Shown: positions 26,102 through 34,433 of the stretch, piece by piece
Layout: the number at the start of each line of letters is the position of its first letter
Position numbering within the stretch: the first letter of the stretch is position 1
IMG/VR virus record: IMGVR_UViG_3300025132_000002
From: an uncultured virus (IMG/VR IMGVR_UViG_3300025132_000002)
Taxonomy: Duplodnaviria; Heunggongvirae; Uroviricota; Caudoviricetes
DNA length: 64,000 nucleotides
Reading direction: 5' to 3' (one strand)
Translations under genes and position numbers: made by a program
The notes under the pieces: model-generated
Databases searched by the model: none
What the model saw: only the letters and a program-made list of their open reading frames with translations
What the model was told of the DNA's origin: nothing

Positions 26102-26117
26102 TGGCACGGATATTGCA
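26102..26117 (+). promoter_or_regulatory. sigma54 -24/-12 consensus
   Basis: TGGCACG-GATA-TTGCA. Confidence 0.6.
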
Positions 26118-26550
26118 TAGGAAACGGGCAAGCTCACACGGGCCCATACCGAACGCTTGTTACGTACCACCGGCATGAGGGGAACCCCTATACGCAGATC
26201 CCCTAAGTAGATCCCCTCACCCGCCCGCCTCGCCTAAATGCAATTGAATCCCATTATCAACTTGACATCCCCCTGACATCTCCCCGATCGTTGTGATCAC
26301 AACGACTTCAAACATCAACCATCAAATAATTTTTTGAAAGCCCCATTGCCCCCCCAAAGCTTTATTATTCTAATTCTCACCCCCCAGAAATTCCGCGAGC
26401 AAATTTTCAAATTAAAAAAGGTAGAAGTTTTTTCTAACCTAGAGGTGAAGAAATTTCAACCCATTCCTTGCGGGGCACATTCCGCAGGGTTACAGGATGG
26501 GTGGGCCTGACGAGCGGGTCGCGCACTTTTCCCACACATGAGACTGAGCC

Positions 26551-27678
26551 ATGTCTATTATCAAATCTTTATTTGACTCTTATCCAATGTTTGTAGATAC
26601 AAAGCCTGACGCGAATAAGGTTACAGACGGCGCGGGGCGTTACATGGACCCGGCAGTTGTGGTCAGGTTGTTATCATATTCGATTGACGCCGATCCGGCA
26701 ACCCAAAAGACTGTGACAATGGCGTTCGCGGACCATTTAGCTGCTGCCACTCCTTCAGTCCCAACGGCTGTGATCGCGCCCGAACCAGAAAAAATGGAGT
26801 TTGTGCCTTCTGTTAATATACCGGAGCAGTTGTCTTTGTTCGACCGAACGATTGAAGCAGCCCCTAAAAATGAGGTAGCTCCGACCCCTACCGTTACCAT
26901 TCCCCCACCCCCTAACAGCCCTTCAGCGGGGTCGGTTACGACCGTAACATGCCCTTACTGCGTCTCTGAGTATGACGTTACTACCTCGGCCATAAACCCC
27001 CACGACCCTAAAACATTATGTCGATACTGCGGTAACTGGTTTAAGGTTTCCCTTGACCAAAAAGAAGAAGATTCCGATGTGGTCGCTCCTGGGCCAAGCG
27101 GCGAAGAAATCCCGGCTGTGTCAATGGAGCCGTTCTTAGACCGAGCGGTGGAAAAGGTAACTAACCTTCCGTGGACAGAAAACGTTACAGTAGCAGAAGA
27201 CGGTACCTCCCCTCTCTCCGATGCCTACAAGTTTATCAAAAACAGCCGACTCATTAACTTTGTTGTCCGGCTGAGCCCGCCCTCCACCGCAAACACCGGA
27301 ATCTACTCTGAGTCTAACGTAGGAGGTGCGTACCAGTGTTACGGAGCAGTTGTTGTTGGTGAAGCATCGCCTTCCATGGGAGATATGCCCGACGTTGCGA
27401 CAGGGGCGCTACTGAGAGCCCGGCTGTTCGATCTTGAAGACGAAACTCCTGTGTTCTTTCACATCATGCACCGAGTAGAGGTTGTCAACGCTATCCGTAA
27501 TACGGAGTTATTCGCCTCATTCTCTCGCAGTGTTGCATCGGAACATCAGGATAGAGTGAATAACCGCGCGGCTGAAGCCAAGGCGAAGGAAGAGGACGAG
27601 TTAGGCGCTATCCTTAGCGACCCGACAATGGTTAAAGCCCTGTTCGCCCGACTTATGAAGAATGCGGAGAGTAACTGA
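26551..27678 (+). CDS. Hypothetical protein with central zinc ribbon
   Basis: VTCPYC...LCRYCGNWF between Pro-rich linkers. Confidence 0.7.
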   Translation: MSIIKSLFDSYPMFVDTKPDANKVTDGAGRYMDPAVVVRLLSYSIDADPATQKTVTMAFADHLAAATPSVPTAVIAPEPEKMEFVPSVNIPEQLSLFDRTIEAAPKNEVAPTPTVTIPPPPNSPSAGSVTTVTCPYCVSEYDVTTSAINPHDPKTLCRYCGNWFKVSLDQKEEDSDVVAPGPSGEEIPAVSMEPFLDRAVEKVTNLPWTENVTVAEDGTSPLSDAYKFIKNSRLINFVVRLSPPSTANTGIYSESNVGGAYQCYGAVVVGEASPSMGDMPDVATGALLRARLFDLEDETPVFFHIMHRVEVVNAIRNTELFASFSRSVASEHQDRVNNRAAEAKAKEEDELGAILSDPTMVKALFARLMKNAESN

Positions 27679-28091
27679 TGGCCAAAAAGCCCATTATTTT
27701 CCGCCGAATCATCAACCGTTTCGGGCAAAAAGCCGCACTACAGATGGTATTTGACCGCGAATCAGGCATGACTAAATCGGCTATTGCCCGAAAATACCAC
27801 ATTTCCCCGTCATACATGACAGATTTCTTCATGCACTTAGAAGGAATAACTACTTTCGCTATACCGCCGGAGTTCTTACTAGTAGATGGGGCCGGCGAAG
27901 ATAACCTAAGCACCCTGCGTGGCGTACCCGAAAGAGCCGCATACCTAAGATCCAACAATCTTTTCCCCGTATCCCCAGAAAGGGCGTCGGAGTTTGCGGC
28001 TAAGCTGACAGCAGACCAGCACTTTTCTTTTGTCCTCAACCCATCTCTTCGTGCTTCGGTATACTGGGCGCACAGGGATATGAAAGAGTAA
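27678..28091 (+). CDS. Putative HTH DNA-binding protein
   Basis: GMTKSAIARKYHISPSYM helix-turn-helix-like segment. Confidence 0.55.
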   Translation: MAKKPIIFRRIINRFGQKAALQMVFDRESGMTKSAIARKYHISPSYMTDFFMHLEGITTFAIPPEFLLVDGAGEDNLSTLRGVPERAAYLRSNNLFPVSPERASEFAAKLTADQHFSFVLNPSLRASVYWAHRDMKE

Positions 28092-28094
28092 ATC

Positions 28095-28289
28095 ATGCCT
28101 ATCTATGAACATAAATGCAAGAAATGCCGGGCTGTATTTGAGGTAATGATACCTTTCAGCGAGGCCAATAAGCCCGTCGCATGTATTGAATGCGGGGCGG
28201 CAAAGACAGTACGCCTAATATCAGCAACAAGCTTTTCTCTCAAAGGTGATGGCTGGGCTAAGGATGGCTACGGCGGGGCTAAACAATGA
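28095..28289 (+). CDS. FmdB-family zinc-ribbon protein
   Basis: MPIYEHKCKKC...FEV...CIECG...RLIS...F.LKG.GW..DGY. Confidence 0.85.
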   Translation: MPIYEHKCKKCRAVFEVMIPFSEANKPVACIECGAAKTVRLISATSFSLKGDGWAKDGYGGAKQ

Positions 28290-28681
28290 TTAACGCAGGA
28301 ATAAACAGAATGACTATTACAGTTCTTATCATTAGCGGTGCGGCGCTACTTCTAAGCGGCGGTGCTGTAGGCTGGTCTTTACGGGGCGAAAGAAGCTCTA
28401 AGATAATAGAGGCCCAGACCGAACTTATCGGAGAGGTACAAACCCAACAAAATAAACTATTGGAAGCCGCCCAACGGCCCATCGTCATTGACTCGGAAAT
28501 CAAGGCCGCGCTTGCCGATCTTCCTCCAGCTTGTATCGTAAGTGCTGGCGGCGATCCTCTAAGCGCCCAATGCGCACTTCAAGCTTGCTGGCGCTACGGC
28601 CAATCAGCAGCCCAACGACCTAACTGTGACGGCGTAGAGAAAGCCGCATTGATTGCCTACGAAGCAAAGGAGGCTAAGTGA
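28286..28681 (+). CDS. Membrane-anchored Cys-containing protein
   Basis: N-terminal TM, coiled coil, four Cys; start may be 28310. Confidence 0.55.
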   Translation: MINAGINRMTITVLIISGAALLLSGGAVGWSLRGERSSKIIEAQTELIGEVQTQQNKLLEAAQRPIVIDSEIKAALADLPPACIVSAGGDPLSAQCALQACWRYGQSAAQRPNCDGVEKAALIAYEAKEAK

Positions 28682-29244
28682 CTAACCCCACTACCCGCAC
28701 TCTCGGTAAAGATGATTGGATGACTCCGGCGTCGGTGTTTGACCCTTTGAATGCTGTCTTTAGGTTCACAGGTGACGGTTGTGCAACGGACGCCAGGGCT
28801 TCTCGCCTTCCCCGCTTTATCTCTCCCGAAGAGGATGCCTTGTCCGTCGACTGGGATCGTATCGGGCCGACTGTTTGGCTGAACCCTCCCTATGGTCGAC
28901 AGATTAAAAAGTGGTTCGCTAAAACAATTGAGCAGTGTTCATTAAGAAATGTAAATACTGTTGTAATGTTAACCTTTGCTAACACCGATACGACTTACTG
29001 GAGGGACTACGTAGCTAACGCCCCCCATTGTCATAAGGTAGTATTCCTTCGGCCCAGGGTTAAGTTTGAGCGTCCCGATGGTGAGGGAGCTGTAGGTGCG
29101 CCAAAAGGATCTGCGGTGATTGTCTATCGGTCAAAGCCCCGCGTGTATCGGCCTGGACAAGGGTATTGGCCTAACCATTGTTATGCCGACTTCACCTCTA
29201 CTAACTGGGTAGAGGCGGCCAGATTGGGTTCATTCCATGACTGA
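28678..29244 (+). CDS. Phage DNA N6-adenine methyltransferase (Dam-like)
   Basis: DDWMTP, WLNPPYG, TDTTYW, RVKF motifs. Confidence 0.85.
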   Translation: MTNPTTRTLGKDDWMTPASVFDPLNAVFRFTGDGCATDARASRLPRFISPEEDALSVDWDRIGPTVWLNPPYGRQIKKWFAKTIEQCSLRNVNTVVMLTFANTDTTYWRDYVANAPHCHKVVFLRPRVKFERPDGEGAVGAPKGSAVIVYRSKPRVYRPGQGYWPNHCYADFTSTNWVEAARLGSFHD

Positions 29245-29533
29245 GCTTTCCCCCACATCTCAATATTATTATCTAGTTTCAGACAACTCTGAGGACTTTC
29301 TACCTTCGTTAAAGCGGTCTTATGACACCCACTACAGTTCATTCGAAGCGGCTATGGAAGATGCGGCGGAAAGGGTATCCGATTTGCCAGATTGGTACAG
29401 TGTAACTATAGACCGATTTAGGTTAGACCTGAGTGTTGCGGGCGTGATACGTCTACTCGACCATCAGGGGTTCATGCTGGACACCACAAATGTGTTTAAT
29501 GCCCCTGGCACTAACAATGATTACGACGAGTAA
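29237..29533 (+). CDS. Hypothetical protein
   Basis: Coupled ORF. Confidence 0.55.
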   Translation: MTELSPTSQYYYLVSDNSEDFLPSLKRSYDTHYSSFEAAMEDAAERVSDLPDWYSVTIDRFRLDLSVAGVIRLLDHQGFMLDTTNVFNAPGTNNDYDE

Positions 29534-29550
29534 TCGCAAAAAGGTTACGT

Positions 29551-30093
29551 ATGCCCCAAGGTAAAGTATGGTTTTATGGCGATGAAGGCTATAAACCCAA
29601 AAAAGGATCTTTCTATATGTCTCACGATTTGCCGCTCGTTACTAAAATAGGCGTGGTTTTCATGCCTTCTAGTTCTCACAGGGGTGACCCCCAGCTACCC
29701 ACTAAGGGTTCTGACCAGTCTGCGGGTTGGGACATACGCAACAATCTAAACTATCCCATAAGGATGGGGCCTGGAGAGCGTAAGTTATTTCCTACGGGAT
29801 TGCGGCTTATGATACCTGATGGGTATGAGATTCAGGTACGCCCCAGATCGGGCCTCGCGCTGAAGAAAGGGCTAACTGTCCTGAACACTCCCGGCACCAT
29901 AGATAGCGACTATACAGGAGAAGTTGGGGTAGTAATCATAAATCACTCTAATGAAGTGCAGGTGGTAGAAGCCGGAGATCGTATAGCCCAGTTGGTAGTA
30001 AAGAAAGTGGAGACCGTAGAGTTCGCCCTTATGGCGGAAGCCGACAAAGATACAAGTCGAGGCTCAGGCGGCTTCGGCTCTACGGGGGCCTGA
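29551..30093 (+). CDS. dut: dUTPase (trimeric)
   Basis: AGWDI, RPRSGLA, GTIDSDYTGE, RIAQL, RGSGGFGSTG; start may be ~29617. Confidence 0.95.
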   Translation: MPQGKVWFYGDEGYKPKKGSFYMSHDLPLVTKIGVVFMPSSSHRGDPQLPTKGSDQSAGWDIRNNLNYPIRMGPGERKLFPTGLRLMIPDGYEIQVRPRSGLALKKGLTVLNTPGTIDSDYTGEVGVVIINHSNEVQVVEAGDRIAQLVVKKVETVEFALMAEADKDTSRGSGGFGSTGA

Positions 30094-30338
30094 TGCTATG
30101 CCCATCTTGTGATTGCAGTGGAGATAAAGTAATATTCTCGGCTAAGGCCGAGCATAAGTATAAAAATGTGCCTAACTGGTTTAGGGCTTTTACGGAGCAC
30201 TACCCTTCATGTATAGTTAGAAGGCGCCGCTGTAAGACTTGTGGCCACCGCTACTACACATTAGAGTTACCCGTAAAAGACTTTAAGTATCTGGGCGACC
30301 CCGCCCAGGTTAAAGAACTACCACTAAAAGACAAATGA
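30093..30338 (+). CDS. NrdR-like zinc-ribbon protein lacking the ATP cone
   Basis: MLCPSC...IVRRRRCKTCGHRYYTLE. Confidence 0.7.
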   Translation: MLCPSCDCSGDKVIFSAKAEHKYKNVPNWFRAFTEHYPSCIVRRRRCKTCGHRYYTLELPVKDFKYLGDPAQVKELPLKDK

Positions 30339-30913
30339 CTAAAAAGCCCCGAAGAAGAAATGTAATATGTAAGGATCTACCCGGCGAACGGTGGCGAACC
30401 ATTCCCGGCTTTCCTGATGTATACGAAGTTTCATCCTTTGGGCGTGCGCGTACATGGCTGGGTAAAGGCCGAGCAATGAAAAGCGGTAGGGGCGAGATTG
30501 CCTACCTGATGAACCTGCTGCCAGATAGAGCGGGCTATCTACGGGTCAGGATGACTCTTCCCGGCAAGCGCATAAAGACACCATTTATTCACACGCTGGT
30601 GTTGACAGCCTTTGTCGGACCCCGCCCTGATAACTGTATGACACGGCATTTAGATGGGTGCCCCGCCAACAACATAATATGCAATCTCGCCTGGGGCACA
30701 GCTCAGCAAAACGCAGACGACCGAAAGTTTCACGGTACCGATAGGCTCGGTGAGAATCACCCAAGGAGTAAACTAACGGCGTCTGACGTTAGGCAGATCA
30801 GGGCTTTGTGCGAAGCCGGCGAATCTCAAAAGAAGACGGCAGAAAGGTTCGGCGTTTCCCAACAGGTAATAAGCCAAATCAAACGCCGCCTGCTTTGGGC
30901 GCACTTAGATTAG
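30335..30913 (+). CDS. NUMOD4-HNH homing endonuclease
   Basis: ERWRTIPGF..YEVSSFGR (NUMOD4); HTLVLTAFVG...RHLDG...NN...NLAWGT...N; C-terminal HTH. Confidence 0.9.
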   Translation: MTKKPRRRNVICKDLPGERWRTIPGFPDVYEVSSFGRARTWLGKGRAMKSGRGEIAYLMNLLPDRAGYLRVRMTLPGKRIKTPFIHTLVLTAFVGPRPDNCMTRHLDGCPANNIICNLAWGTAQQNADDRKFHGTDRLGENHPRSKLTASDVRQIRALCEAGESQKKTAERFGVSQQVISQIKRRLLWAHLD

Positions 30914-31893
30914 AAAATACCAACAGTGTTAGTCGGCAAAGTCAAATCTTGCGGCAAGCTGGTTCCTGCACCGCTCGGACGAGACGCCAAGGTTTCAGCC
31001 GCAGGAGGCTTAGACGCTGACGGGTTCTGGTTGGGGTACTTGTGCATCATGCGGCTTTCAATGATTTCATCAATCTCTTTGATGTCACTGTCAGTGGCAT
31101 TAGGGTTAGCACTCAGGAAGCCCTGCATGAGACGGTAGTAGTCGTCCATGGCAGTTTCGTACCGCTGGTCACCCACAAGGTGGGGCATTGCGGATTCAAA
31201 CAGTTGCACAGCCTTTTCGGCTTCGTACTGTTCTGTCTGTTTACGAAGCTGTTGCAGCTCAGACTGAAGCTGGCGGTTGCTTTGGCGTTCGCGCAAAACG
31301 TGTTCGTTTAGCTGTCCCTGATAGTGATCGTGGACTGCCTTTTCCCGGCCCTGTAACTGACGGGCGAACTCAGCCAGCTTTTTGTTGTGCGAGTAAAACT
31401 GGTTAGCTTCTTGGGTTCTTTGCCCGAGCTGTTGGTTGAAGCTTTGCAGCTTTCCGCTAAGCGAGTCTAACTGGGCTTTGTAACCGCCTTCCAGGGCTTT
31501 GAACCGTTCATCGGCGGTAGCGTCTTCAGACGAAGCCGATTCCAGAGAGTTAAGGGTAGTAGCCAAACGCTGTTGCATTGACTGCACTTGCTCATAGGCG
31601 GCGTCAAGCTGGCGGCTTTTTTGTGACTGCGCGGTTGTATGCTTGTGCAAGGCAGAAGTGGCGTTATTTCTGACTCTTTCATAGCCTGCGCTAATAGCAG
31701 ACTTGATATTGTCATCAAGGCCCGAATACCAATCTTGTTCATTGAGACTGGGAAGTTCGCCATTCCAGTTGTACGAAGCCGGCGCGGATTCCATGGTTGG
31801 CGCGGACTCCATAGCTGGAGCTGCATCCATCACAGGGGCCGCACTGTCTGCGCTTACGATATCTGATGGGGTGTTTGGTTGCTCGTCCGACAT
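30910..31893 (-). CDS. Putative capsid scaffolding protein
   Basis: Acidic N-terminus, long coiled coil, downstream of portal. Confidence 0.55.
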   Translation of the reverse strand: MSDEQPNTPSDIVSADSAAPVMDAAPAMESAPTMESAPASYNWNGELPSLNEQDWYSGLDDNIKSAISAGYERVRNNATSALHKHTTAQSQKSRQLDAAYEQVQSMQQRLATTLNSLESASSEDATADERFKALEGGYKAQLDSLSGKLQSFNQQLGQRTQEANQFYSHNKKLAEFARQLQGREKAVHDHYQGQLNEHVLRERQSNRQLQSELQQLRKQTEQYEAEKAVQLFESAMPHLVGDQRYETAMDDYYRLMQGFLSANPNATDSDIKEIDEIIESRMMHKYPNQNPSASKPPAAETLASRPSGAGTSLPQDLTLPTNTVGIF

Positions 31894-31919
31894 CTTATCT
31901 CCATTAACCGTTTGGTTGG

Positions 31920-32366
31920 TCAGACCATAGGAACTTTGTTAGGGTTGCTATCGCCCTTCATGGTCTGGACAAGGCCGACAAGCTGGTCAACCATATCAGG
32001 ACTTTGTGCAAGTGCAGCAAGTAGTCCTTCCATTCCACCAGCGTTTTCAAGCAAGCCGGACTTTTCGAGGAACTCTTGCAGTTCTTCTTCAGTAACACCA
32101 GCCTTTTCGGCAAGCTCGGCAGCAGTCATCATCTTAGCGGGCTTAGCAGCAGGCTTGTCAGCAGTTTCAACAGCAGCAGTTTCCACTGCCTCTTCTTCAA
32201 CTGCGGGCATTTCGGCCTTTGGCCCAGCATCTTTCATCATCGGTTCAGCCATTTTAGCTCCTTTAGCTTGGGGCTTACTAGGGGTTAGTAACACATCACT
32301 TGTGTCGGTATTCATAACCTCGTTAATAAGGCCACGAATATCCTCATAGCTGGGGTTTTGGGCCAT
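31920..32366 (-). CDS. Hypothetical head-module protein
   Basis: Low-complexity ORF with GAGG RBS. Confidence 0.6.
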   Translation of the reverse strand: MAQNPSYEDIRGLINEVMNTDTSDVLLTPSKPQAKGAKMAEPMMKDAGPKAEMPAVEEEAVETAAVETADKPAAKPAKMMTAAELAEKAGVTEEELQEFLEKSGLLENAGGMEGLLAALAQSPDMVDQLVGLVQTMKGDSNPNKVPMV

Positions 32367-32380
32367 AGCTATGCCTCTTA

Positions 32381-32773
32381 CTAGAGAGTTTTAAGTTCTT
32401 TTACGGGACGATCCGCAAAACGTTTTGCGATATGAGGCGATCTAGCAGCGTAGTCTTTTACAACCTTGTGCCTAAGTTCCTCAATCTCGACTTTTCTTTT
32501 ATATTCGTTTATGGGCTCAATGCGCAAGTTTTCTGCCGACTCCCCAACGTGGGTTCGGGCCATGCCGGCTAACATACGCTTTTCTTCTGCCTTAGAAGAA
32601 ATCATTGTCTGCCCATTATTGTAGGGCCGAAAGAGCTGAAATACGGAACCGGATGCACCGCCTGTTGACAGCTTTCTTTTCATCTCCGTATCACAGCATA
32701 CGGGAATAGGCTCATCATCAAAGGCTTCTGCCTGATCTCTACAGCTTGTACAAACAAATCCTAATAACAACAT
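32381..32773 (-). CDS. Zinc-ribbon protein downstream of portal
   Basis: CTSC...CC...MKRKLS, FmdB-like. Confidence 0.55.
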   Translation of the reverse strand: MLLLGFVCTSCRDQAEAFDDEPIPVCCDTEMKRKLSTGGASGSVFQLFRPYNNGQTMISSKAEEKRMLAGMARTHVGESAENLRIEPINEYKRKVEIEELRHKVVKDYAARSPHIAKRFADRPVKELKTL

Positions 32774-32783
32774 TGTAATACCT

Positions 32784-34433
32784 TTATTCCTGCGCCATCT
32801 GTGCTACTTGTTCTTGGTTAGGACTGCCTTCAGCCGGATCTACTTCAGCCGCCTGTGTTGACGCTTCTGCCATTTGATCTATCCCTGGTTGTGCTTGCTG
32901 TCCAGCGGGTTCTGGATTGTACAAGGTTGAAGGGATACCAAAGCCTTCCATTATGATTTCGTAGAATTCTCTTTGGTTGACGTTGGGGTTGTTCATAAGC
33001 AGGTTGCTCATCTTGCCCACCACGTCTGCTAAAAGCTGCGGGTTGTTTTTGATGGGCGAGTAGGGAGCAATGTCAAAGTGCCCATTGAAGTTCTTTAGGT
33101 CGATCTGGTTCAGCTCAGAAAAGGTGTCCCTGTGCTTCACAGAATACGGACCCTGACCATACTTTTGGAGCAGGCGCATACAGCGCTCACCCACACGACT
33201 GATAGCATCGCGGAAGTTACCTTCACGGAAAGCTACTCTATCACGAGCGTAGGCAGAAATATCTGCGGCTTCTCGGGCTGTTCTAATGTTCTGTGCGGCC
33301 CCTCTCGATTGTGATGTGAGGCCCGAAACAAACTGGGCGTCCCCGATCATGATCTCTCGTGCCCGAATAAGCTGTGGGTCTAAGTTAGCCGTAGGCGTAG
33401 GCATGAAAGCCTGAGCTAAGGGGGCTCCCTGGGGGCTGGTCATCCTGACTGGAGTGTAGGAACCGGCAGGGGCGTGATACGCCTTGGCCAAGTCACCCAT
33501 GTCAACAATGCCCGAATCGACCATAATCCTAGGCAGAATACGGTGGATGACTTGGTGCATCGTTGTGTTAATATTGTTGATGGCTTCCTGCTGGGGGATA
33601 ATAAGTTCCAGCTCGGACAACCCATCTAAGTTTCTAAGGTTGTGGTTAAGGCTAAACATAGACAACGGCTGGTCATCTATTTCGCCTTCCCATATGATGG
33701 TACCGGTGGTTTCGTGCCAGTGATAAGCACGCATACCAATCATATCGTAGATTTCCCAAACGATAGCGATACCGAAAACTTCATCGACAGAAAGCTGATC
33801 GGATTGGTCTCCTAGCATTGCCCATTGGGGCGTAGTGTCGGGAGCGACCGGATCTGCAAGTTTGCCCGGTCTTTTGTAGACTCCCATTTCGACGCGCTTT
33901 TTAAACAGTCGCCAAGGCATTTCGACCATATGAGTCCAGAATCTAGACTCTCTATGGGCTTTTGCGCTGGGGTCGTAGCCTACGTGACTGGGCTCTACCG
34001 TAAAGATTTTAGGCTTTTTCTTAATCGGGTCAATAATAGTTTTGAAAATACCCCGTCTTTTAGTCAGGGCGTTGTCTAGCGCGATACCGCAAAGCTCCCG
34101 CATATCGTTTTCGCGGAAAACTTCGTTGATAAGGTGCGTAATCCGACCCTGTAGTTTGTGAGCTTCAGGGGTATGGCCGTTAGCTGCGACTGCAACTTCC
34201 TGACCCAAAAGCAGAAACTTAGCTGTCTCTACCGCAGTAAAGAAAAGGTTGACGCTACTACGGGGGTCGTCATGGAACTGAACACCTCTATTGGAGGCGC
34301 GGCTATTAAGATGAAAGAACTCGCCATTGTAGAAACGTTCTATTTTTGCAAATAGAGACTTTTCTTTTCCAATGTAATGTTTTTTATGCTGCGCCACCAA
34401 AACTTTTATATGATTAGTGTTCATGCGTTCCAT
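32784..34433 (-). CDS. Portal protein
   Basis: 549 aa directly after TerL; L.PQQ..IN, RTA.EA, Gln-rich tail typical of P22/T7-like portals. Confidence 0.8.
   Translation of the reverse strand: MERMNTNHIKVLVAQHKKHYIGKEKSLFAKIERFYNGEFFHLNSRASNRGVQFHDDPRSSVNLFFTAVETAKFLLLGQEVAVAANGHTPEAHKLQGRITHLINEVFRENDMRELCGIALDNALTKRRGIFKTIIDPIKKKPKIFTVEPSHVGYDPSAKAHRESRFWTHMVEMPWRLFKKRVEMGVYKRPGKLADPVAPDTTPQWAMLGDQSDQLSVDEVFGIAIVWEIYDMIGMRAYHWHETTGTIIWEGEIDDQPLSMFSLNHNLRNLDGLSELELIIPQQEAINNINTTMHQVIHRILPRIMVDSGIVDMGDLAKAYHAPAGSYTPVRMTSPQGAPLAQAFMPTPTANLDPQLIRAREIMIGDAQFVSGLTSQSRGAAQNIRTAREAADISAYARDRVAFREGNFRDAISRVGERCMRLLQKYGQGPYSVKHRDTFSELNQIDLKNFNGHFDIAPYSPIKNNPQLLADVVGKMSNLLMNNPNVNQREFYEIIMEGFGIPSTLYNPEPAGQQAQPGIDQMAEASTQAAEVDPAEGSPNQEQVAQMAQE

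Noticed and set aside
28286..28681. Spanin/lysis cassette
   Set aside because: TM plus coiled coil only; no neighbouring endolysin or lipoprotein partner recognised.
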